Shown here: positions 53,581-64,000 of the stretch, piece after piece
Position numbering within the stretch: position 1 is the stretch's first letter
How the letters are laid out: the number at the start of each line of letters is the position of its first letter
NCBI RefSeq assembly: GCF_006345805.1
Contig: NC_043010.1
Span: 57,164,001 to 57,228,000, forward strand
Direction: 5' to 3'
Source of the DNA: Octopus sinensis
Lineage: Eukaryota
Length of the DNA stretch: 64,000 nt
The notes under the pieces: model-generated
Told to the model about the DNA's origin: nothing
What the model saw: only the letters and a program-made list of their open reading frames with translations
Databases searched by the model: none
Made by a program: the position numbers and the translations under genes

Positions 53581-53942
53581 CTCTCCCCCCACCTTATTTC
53601 ATTGTCTCTCTTTGACACAGGTTTTTCTCTCTCCTCAGTATTACGCTTCTTTCATTCTCTCTTTCTCTTTCTTCACATACATATACTCACACACAACACA
53701 TGTAATACATATAATATATGTATATATGTATATATTAATTATTAATTAATACATATGATGTGTATATAGATCAGATTGGAGCCTGGTGCAGCTGCTGGCT
53801 CTTCAGACTTCAGTCAAACCGTCCAACCCATGCCAGCATGGAAAACGGATGTTAAATGATAATGATGATGATGATATGAATATATAATTATATATATATA
53901 TGTATGTATATTTCTATATATATGTATCTGTGTGTGTGTGTG

Positions 53943-53997
<55 letters not shown>

Positions 53998-56199
53998 TCT
54001 GATTTTTACAGTCAAGTTTACTCCTTCAATTTTCAATGGTTTTGCTTACCCTCCCAGGAAATCTCTCCGTTTCCTCATAGCAGAAGTAACCATTGCCTTA
54101 CTGAGATCTGTCGCAAAATGGTGTACACAGCCATGGAACTCCAAATCAAGTTACTTAATCTTAAGTAAAGGATATCTTGTCGGAAAAAGATGAATGAAAA
54201 CAATATTTCCTTCTAATCAAACGAACTGAGAGAGATAATCATTATAGACTTGAACACCCTTCAATCCTGTGTTAAATTCCAGTCATTAATAAATCTATAT
54301 CTTCTTGTTAAACACTTTTCAAGTCAGGTATTTTGTGTCCATGTATTTATCTATTATCTTTTGATCATATTACAAAATTGTTTTCATATAAACTGCCGCA
54401 TCTTGTTTGTTTAGTTGAAGGAAGTAATTACCAAGAATGGCATCGAATGTTTTGATGATAACAGAGTGAGTAGAGCAGATTGTTTATTTTCTGACTGCAA
54501 ACTAAACTTGGCTCTAGAATAAATTGCCACATTAAACAATGCTTCAAAGAGATAATAATGAGTTTGTGTGAAATACAATCTCATGTTTGAGCAGATCATG
54601 TTATACTTTCGGTAGCAGCTATTGTTGCAGTGATGTCCAGAAAGTCTGTTTCATGTCGTAGCAGTTCCACTCACTTTATTCATTCTATGGCTTCCCATTC
54701 TTTGCTTTGATGCCAGGCCTGCTATCGCAAGAATTCATAATCTGCTGCTGCTATTGTGATGGGGTTTTCTGGGGTCAGATACTTAACCCTACTTGTTTCA
54801 GTTTACCAAACTGGAAAAATTGGGAATAATCTCTTTAGAATATAAATCTGTTATAGATTATATGTTTTAATCAGTCATCTCAAACAGGTCAAGGGTCATG
54901 TGTTATTTGGGTACACAAAAGCTGATATTGGAAGGGTTTGATTTTAGCCTGGTGTCACTAAAACATGACCAGCAGGGATGAATGGACATTTGTTGTCTTT
55001 GCATGTATTAGAACATTATCAAGCATAAAGTAATTATAACTTAATTAAGTCAATAAAACATGATTTGGCTACCAAGAACAATATTGCTCTGATTCTACTG
55101 AACGACATTTTCATTTTATAATCTCTTCTTCAATAATTTGGAAATCAGAATTGGATTGTGGTTAGTTGAAGTGATTTTGCAGGACATTAGCCTGGATTCT
55201 GCATTTAATGCAGCTAGTTATGAAATCTCTGGAACATTTTGCGCTTACAGTAGGAATAAATCCCTTTTTTTATCACTTGTTTGAGGAAGAATTCAAACCT
55301 CTCCATTATATTATTTCCATGGTGATTTCCAAGAACCATTCTATTTCAATTTTTCTTAGATCAGTTAGTTAGCGACTATAGGAAAGTGTTTGATTAATTA
55401 ACTCATGTTGAATTGATTAATAGAACTTATACTCAGTTTATTTTTCTTAAAAAACATTATTATGGTTATTAAATGTTTAATCATCAGAGTTTGTATTTCT
55501 AACATTTAAATCAACCCTTTTACAATTGTTTAGGAGTTCTATTCCTACATAGTCTTAGACTGGATTTGAACTAGGAATCTTTGTCTTCAAACTAGTTTAA
55601 ATCCAATGTGAGACCATGTACATATCCAGAAATACACCCTCCCCCACACTTAACGATGAATAGAGATGTTTAGTGTACCTGTAAATATTGTGTGTGGGTA
55701 TGTGTGGGTGGGTGTGTGTGAATATGTGGATACACACACAAACACAGACACACACACACATGCACACACACACATACACACACACAAATATATAAACCAG
55801 AGAGCAGCCCCCATATTTTCCATACCTGCCATCTCTGAAGATCGTATGTATTAGATAGCTGTTCTGTCTTTTGATATCAGTTATCAAAAACCCAGTGCAA
55901 AACCAATTGGTCTGAATGGCTGTAATGAATCTATAATACTGTATACCTTGATTGATACACACACACGCGACTGGTTTCCACACAGTTTCCACCTGCTCAA
56001 TTCATTCACAAGTCATTGGTTGGCCTAGGGCCATAGTAGAAGTCACTTGTCCAAGATTCCATGCTGTGGAACTGAACCTGAAAACACGTGGTTGAGAAGC
56101 TTGTCAAAAGTGCGTATAAAGCATGTGCAGTAATGTACAAATGTCTGGGAAGTGAACAGTGTATGTGTCAGATACATGCTTGCGTGTGTATGGAGGGGA

Positions 56200-56420
56200 G
56201 AAAATCAAGTGTAGTGTTGGCGAATCTCAGGAAGCATGGAAGTTTTGAAGGATGCAGTGCTCCAACACTAACAACTGATGCCGGCAGTTTGTTCTATGCT
56301 TCAGCAACTCTTAGCGTGAAAAAATGTTTCCGAACGTCATGGGAGCTGTGCTGTTTTCTGACTTTGTAAACATGTCCATGGGTGTTAGACAGGTGGAGTT
56401 TGAAAAGGTGCTCAGAGTTA
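56200..56420 (-). mobile_element. CR1/L2-clade LINE 3' end
   Basis: SNTHGHVYKVRKQHSSHDVRKHFFTLRVAEA*NKLPASVV (TRGH...FF..RV...WN.LP motif). Confidence 0.8.
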
Positions 56421-56437
56421 TTGTTTGTATCTATATA

Positions 56438-56503
<66 letters not shown>

Positions 56504-56524
56504 TGTGTGTGTGTGTGTGTCTAG

Positions 56525-56556
<32 letters not shown>

Positions 56557-57479
56557 ATGTACACACACAACATTTCAAGCATAAAGTCAATGTCTAGGAT
56601 GTATTTGTAGTTTATAGTCCATTTATTTGCCAGAGAACCACGACAGTGCCAAGTTGGTCTGGTTTCTTTTTAAGGTCCCCTTCATTTCTTCATTGCGATT
56701 CTTCCCATGCTCGCTCAGACCATTTTTATTTATATATTCATGTATTATATCCTTGCTTATTGTCATTTAGAAATGGAATCTAGTTTTGGTCATTCATACC
56801 GTTGCCTGCTGCTAGTGTTGTTTCTATCGAAACCTGTTAGTCTACTTTGTTTCAACTTATCTCACAACAACTCGGACAATTAACGAAGGACAAAGTACTA
56901 CAAAGCACTAACACCCTCGTTATTAATATATTGCTATCAATATCATCTGCAATTCTGTTTATTAGTAGTCTTCATTATCTAATTAGGAGAAACAAATGAC
57001 ATTGGTTCTGCTGTCATATCTAACTTGTAGCCTAATAATTCATTTAATTACTCACAATAACAGTTATTGAACATCTCGTTAGTGATATTATCTTAATTAT
57101 GATATAAATCTTTGATTAAGGCTGCAATGGCTATGAGGTTGTTCTGGAGCACTGACCACTTGGTCATAAGTTCAAGCCTTTTAGCTAAGTATAGCCATTT
57201 AGTTGTGTTCCTTGTGAAGGCTCTGATCCTCAATGCTCCAGTGTCATGGGGGACAATAAATTCATCTCAAGGTCAAAAACTGAGCTTTCTTATCTTGGTT
57301 TTATTTTCATTAATCCTTTCACCACCACCAAACCCACTTCCTTCTAGAGGACCTGGTAGAAAGGGAATCCTACAGCTAATCCCCAGCTGAATGTAATACA
57401 CATGAAACAATCCAGACATACATTAAGAGTAAAGTAACTCTGATGACCGATATACTAATGTACTACACTGCCCAGTCTA

Positions 57480-57519
<40 letters not shown>

Positions 57520-58015
57520 CAAACAAATGTAAAATAAGACAGATAAAAATGTTCATTTTGTTGCATTATCTTCTTTGATGATTCGGGTAAATATTGTGAC
57601 AACATCACAAAATTTATTCTGGGTTTGTTTTAAGAGGTCTGAGTATAAAAAGCATTAAAGAAAGGACAAACTTCCTACTTAATTAAATATTCAATATTAG
57701 CAAAAATAATTTTTTTAAAGTTTTAATGAATAGTAATAAACTCCTTTCTTTTAAATTTAGGAAACTCACATTGCGATTTAAAGCGAGATTTTCTTTTGCA
57801 CCAGCCACTGTTTTGGGTTGTAATCAGTCTCTTAACATGAAAAGGAAATAGTCAAGGCCAGCAGAAAATGTGGAGCATTAAGGGTGCGGGTAACAGTAAA
57901 TGAGAATCAGAAGAGTTTCCTTGGGTTGGGAGAAGACATAGAGTTGGGGAAATGCCTGTAAACAGGGTACAGATTAGTAATATTAGATTAAGGACTAACT
58001 TGGGGCTTCAGTATA

Positions 58016-58295
58016 TTAATCCTTTAGCATTTAAACTGACCATATCTGACCCACTTGTTTTATGTTCAGAATAGCCAGATCCAGCTTCTCACACCTACCC
58101 TACAATGTCATTCTAAAAATAAATAATTAAATCGTCAAATTCTTGAAGTTACAAAACTATGCAAGATTAATTCAAAACAATGTGAATAAATAAGCATTGC
58201 ATTTGATATCACTGGTGGTGCTCCAGCATGGCCACGGCCTTAGGGCTGAAACATAAAAGAATAAAAGAATAATAATCTGAATTCTGAAAGGTTAA
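58016..58295. mobile_element. piggyBac-like MITE with TTAA ends, containing a short SINE-tail insertion
   Basis: TTAA-tcctttagcatt ... aattctgaaagg-TTAA. Confidence 0.6.
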
Positions 58296-60684
58296 AGACA
58301 TTCCAACCATGACTATGCCATCTTTTTACAGGCATAGTGTCTCTAGGAATACAAAATCCAGTGTGTTGCTTCTTTTAAAACTTGGTCAGATGTGAATTGA
58401 AGGCAGTTTGGCTGCAGTTTTTAGTAGGTCAACTGACCGTACAAAGGTTTCATTGATGGGTTGCAAGCCTTGATTGTATGGGTCCCAGTGACATGACAAC
58501 TGTTGACTGTTTCATGAAAGTATCTGCCTTTCACCATTGTCAAATCAACTTCTGAGGACATTGGAAAGTGAAACGATTTTATTGGAGATTGTTTCAATAA
58601 TAATTGATTTCAAATGTTTTGTGTGTGAAAGTTGTTTCAATTGAAAATTACAGACACTTATGTTTTCTCCATCCAACGTTTCTTACACTCTCTCTTCACT
58701 TTAAAGATATACGTGTGTGTGTATGTATGTGTGTGTGTGTGTGTGTGAGTGTGTGTGTGGAGATGTATGTCTCTCTCCCTCTCTTTTTCCCTCTCTCTCT
58801 CTCTATCCCTCCTCTCTCTCTATATATATATATACACACACACACATATATGTATGAATTCCAACTTTTGTCATCTCCTCTAAAAGATACACACACATGT
58901 ACATGCATACACACACACACACACACAAATAGACAGCTAGTGAGTGAGAAAGAGATCGAGAGACAGACTTGCAAATAGACAGAGAGGAGACTGAGGCCCA
59001 TTGTCTTTTACAAGTTCTATTGATGCAGCAGGGTGCCTTCAAATCCGTTCAACTCTCTCCACCAGTTCCACAGACATCGAACAAATAACTCATGTAAAAT
59101 CTCAGCTGTAGTCTAGAATTGAACACACTTCCTCACTTCTTTCTTTCATCTGAATCAATGGGAATTCTATGAAATTTCCAGTGAATTAATGAGAGAGTTT
59201 TGAAAAATTCAACGTGAGAAGTTTCCTAATGATCTGAATAATTCAATGTGAAATTGTGTTACAGTATCTTTGAATGACACAAAGAAGAGAACAGGTCAGA
59301 GATGAGCGAGGCCATGAGATTTTAACCTCTTTAATCTATTCTAACATGGAACAATTGACTTTAACATTCCAATAATGACATCAGTTGGAGCTGTTTTGGT
59401 TGTTGTTTTTTTCTTTTGTTTTGTTTTTAAATTTAATTCTATTTTAATTCTGATCTAATGCTAGCTTCAGTGAAACCAGGAAACTGAAGAAAACCTAAGC
59501 AATAAAATAGCTAAAAAAATAGTAATAAACCAAAAGGAAAAGAAAGCGAAAGAGAGAAAGGGTGAGAGAGAGAGATGGAGGGAGAGAGTGAGATAGAGAA
59601 TGAGAGAACAATATGATAAAAGAATGAGAGGGTTCAATGAAGAAATAGAGAGAAGATGAGAGCTGCTATATTTACCACTGTTGAATTGAAGTGACTACAA
59701 AGAGTAGGAAATTATGCGGTTGATATTTTGCTAAAAGACTGCTAAAAATTACTTAAAAATGATCAAAATGATGGAAATAGCAGAAGTTGAGAAGATAAAT
59801 TTAATTCAGTTAAGGATAAGTTATCAGCAAGCATAAAAGATATGATAGAAATCCATGTGCCTGGTTTAGAGCCAGGATAAAGGACACAACCGGTTTTCAT
59901 TAGATCACACTGATATATTAAAACCACTATGGTAGGCTGTATCCAAAATTCTGGGTAATTTTTATTGATTGCTAGAATTCCAACTCTTGTCACCTCTTCT
60001 AAAAGCTAATAATTCTTGCTTAGCAAGGGAAACAAAATGGAAGTTATTAATCTTTTCAAAATCTCGCTGCTTGGCTCCACTTTCTTGCCATGAAAGAATA
60101 AATGTAGTTTAGTTTTGTTACTAAGTTCACCTTCAATTGATATTTTTCCTGAAGGAACTTATAGTCTAATACGTGTTAATGAGTTTTCATTGATTTTTAT
60201 GGCTTTACATAAATTTGTCATTTGATAGTATTCAGAATTAGCCTACCTTGTGTTACTATCGCTACCAGATGGAAGAAAGTTCCAGCAATAAATTTGGTTT
60301 TTCATAGATTTCCTAAAAGACAATTTATTCGGTCATAATTACCAAAGTGAAAAATGTGCATCAATTTATTACTTTGCAGCCTTAGACTTGACAGAGGTAG
60401 AATTTGTGGACATTAACAGCAGAAATATTCTTTCATTTGGAGATTTGATTTGGAGCAGTAAAAAGAAAGGAAAAAAGGAAATAAATACAGACTGGCAGAC
60501 AGGCAGACAGGCAGACAGACAAACAGACAGATTGAAAGAAAGGCAGGCAGAGAGGAAGATAGAAAAGCAGAAAGACAGACAGAAAGAGAGAAAGACAAAA
60601 TAAAAGGATAGAAAGACCGGAAGAAAGAAAAATAGAGAAACAGAAAGAAATACAAAGGAAAACTGATAGAAAGAAATAAAGACA

Positions 60685-61147
60685 GAAGAGGAAAGAAGAA
60701 GAAGAGGAAAGAAGAAGAAGAAGAAGAGAAGAAGAAGAAGAAGAAGAAGAAGAAGAAGAAGCAGAAGAAGGAGGAGGAGGAGGATGAGGAGAAGAAGAAG
60801 GAGAAGAAGAAGAAGAAGAAGGAGAAGAAGAAGAAGAAGGAGGAGGAGGAGGAGGAGGAGGATGAGGAGAAGAAGGAGAAGAAGAGGAAAGAAAAAGAAG
60901 AAGAAGGAGGAGGAGGAGGGTGAGGAGAAGAAGAAGGAGAAGAAGAAGAAGAAGGAGGAGGAGGAGGGTGAGGAGAAGAAGAAGGAGAAGAAGAAGAAGG
61001 AGGCGGAGGAGGAGGAGGAGGAGAAGAAGAAGGAGAAGGAGGAGGAGGAGAAAACGAAGGAGAAGAAGAAGAAGAAGAAGGAGAAGAAGAAGGAGAAGAA
61101 GAAGAAGAAGAAGAAGAAGAAGAAGAAGAAGAAGAAGAAGAAGAGAA
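60685..61147. repeat. Long (GAA/GGA)n polypurine tract
   Basis: Direct reading. Confidence 0.95.
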
Positions 61148-62859
61148 ACAAACTGACAGACTGACAGACAGACAGACAAGATGGACAGAGAGTGAGAAAG
61201 AAAAATAGGATTTGATTGTGATATCTGAAAAGATATCAATTGATTTATTATTACATAGGATATCATATAACTGTAAAGATCACAGCTTCCTGACACCAGA
61301 TGGTTGGTAAGAGAAGGAAAGCCCCCCCCCCCCGCCAGTCAGCCGTGATTAGATTATTGTTTCAACTCCTACTCTATCCATATTGTGAAGTCACCTCCGA
61401 CTGTTTTTGGGGGAAGTTGGTGTGATGTTTACTCAACTGTGAATGAATGGTTATGATTGAATGAAGGACTTCTGAAAGCAAACCAAGCCTACTTGCTACC
61501 ACTACAACCCATGACTGTGCTAAAACCATTGAAAGAAAACTAAATGAAAAACTAATTTCCTATAATGGAGAGAACTGGTTCAATCCCAGTAGGCATCTGA
61601 AGCCAAACAGAGCTGATCTGAATGGTGATAACCAGCTAATGAGTGGTATTGATGCAGAGAAAATAAATTCACCTTGTCAAGCCTGAACGCAAGTCAAGTG
61701 GAAAGCCTCGATGAAGCATCAAATTTGTGTGTATCATGTTTTTCGAGTTAAATTCTGAAGAGATCTCAAACCTATTCATTCTGCTCCACACCGAGAAAAA
61801 CAGAAAGTAAAAAGTAATTGTGAAGATAATGTAGCTGGGAAATACTTGATTTATATTCCTACAAACAGTAAGCGGAGCAGGAGGAGGGGGAGAGAGAAAA
61901 AGAAAAATCCAACAAAAAAAAAAAACAGCTAAAATCCCTTAATAATCAAAACAATATCAAGTAGTGTTATAATGGTGTCTATGTTGGTTCACAAAGTAGA
62001 TTTGACTGAATAAAAGTGAGAAATCCTCTTTAGTAACAATAATAGCAGAATTGAAGACAACATAAACTCCAGAATCGTTTTTCACTGAGATTGTGTCAAA
62101 GAAATATCCTGACAGGGGTTTTTATAGTTCAAATTTAGCCGAACTATTTCCAGGCTTCCTGTCGGTCAGAATGTGAAAAATGCTGATGACGGGGAAAGTT
62201 ATACAGATGTCTGATTTCGAGCAATGATTGTCACACTCATCAATCAGGTTGGCAAAAAGATTAAACACACCACAGCGAAATTGCTTTCTCACTGAAATTG
62301 CGTTCACACTGAGATAGGCCACATAAAATTACACACACCATGGTCAGATTGCTTTGACAGGGTGATGGCAGACATTTTCCCCCTTTTTCACTGAACTAAC
62401 AATATATTTGTTACAAGCAAGAAAACCATTTAAATTCACAGCACTTCTCCGATGATAAGATGAAATGGAAGCAATACTGAACATCAAAGATATGATTATT
62501 CCATTCTATAGATGTCGTAAAGAATATCAATATCAATATACGCGTGCGTGTGTGTGTCAGTATATGTGTGGTGTGTGTACATGTGTGTCTATGTGTATAT
62601 ATATATGGATTCGTACTCACAGAGGCATATATAGACATACATACACACATATACACTTGTGCATATAAATAGATACAGATACATCGAGCATACACTCACA
62701 GATATACATGCACGAACATACACACCCACACACACATCGCATGCGTGTGTGTGTGTATTTCAGGCACATGCAAATCTATATAAGTAATGCATGTTGATTT
62801 CCAGAGGTAAATATATAATATTGTAATATTGAGAATTAAGGGACAACTCTGTACCTACC

Positions 62860-63300
<441 letters not shown>

Positions 63301-64000
63301 TGTGTGTGTGTGTGTGTGTGTCTGTCTGTTTCTTTGTCTCTCTCTGTCTCATTCACGTGCATGGTACCTTGAGGGATATTGAAAAGAGTTGCTATCTTTT
63401 AATAAGAAAGAGGAAGTTAACAAACTCAAGTGATTGATGGTTGAGCTATGGCATTCGTGTATATATCATTGGAGGAAAGATTTCAAGATATCCTTCCAGA
63501 ATGATCTGGATGCATGGAAGTGAAAAATGTGAGTTAGAGGAATTAAAGACTCAAAGAAGTGAACTATAACACACACACACACACTTACACTTACACACAC
63601 ATTCCCCTTCCCCCCTCAAACACACACATGAAAACATACAAAGGCATACATGCATTTGTATATCATATTTAATACATTTTGATGAGGTTGGGTGACGACT
63701 GTCTCCAGTTCTAATATACAACGAGTGATGATTGTCTCCAGATAAATCCATATTCGAATGAAATTTTTTTTGATTCTTGACTGAGATTTGGAAGTAATGG
63801 AATACATTTCGTAACTGTTGAAAATTATTTATGGTGAAATTTCTTGCTTCTTTCTGCTGAAATAGAAAATGGTAATCAGAATGGAATTCTGACTCGACTC
63901 TTATTTTGACACAAATCTACACAATTTCACTCAAACACCATGTATTTGTGTATCTATGTGAATGCATGGATTATATATTCCATGCATGTGCAGGTACAAA

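Noticed and set aside
59760-60450. Decayed LINE RT (NLVFIDFLK; AALDL)
   Set aside because: Only isolated short motif resemblances; too weak to call.
60369-61296. Long ORFs rich in F/S/L/R/K/E
   Set aside because: Translations of the GAA/GGA microsatellite; the same holds for the many poly-I, poly-M, CV/HT and YLSI ORFs in the track.

Overview
AT-rich, microsatellite- and transposon-dense eukaryotic DNA, most likely octopus or another coleoid cephalopod (inferred from the protocadherin type and the SINE/LINE families). The only confident protein-coding gene is a minus-strand protocadherin. Its signal peptide, 6 cadherin repeats, TM helix and proximal tail lie in one ~2.44 kb exon (44952-42512) with a textbook branch point, acceptor and donor; its other exons could not be pinned down. 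The rest is repeat debris: tRNA-derived SINEs, RTE, CR1 and R4/Dong LINE ends, Tc1/mariner and Gypsy remnants, MITEs, a 1.53 kb tandem duplication and three long fold-back inverted repeats. The most striking pattern is a set of at least six different minimal type-I hammerhead-ribozyme-like motifs of the Penelope-retroelement kind. Two sit at the apex of long fold-back hairpins and one carries a compensatory U3-A8 core pair. There is also a candidate spliced plus-strand transcript near 28.0-28.5 kb. All calls were made by eye without alignment or folding software, and repeat boundaries are approximate.
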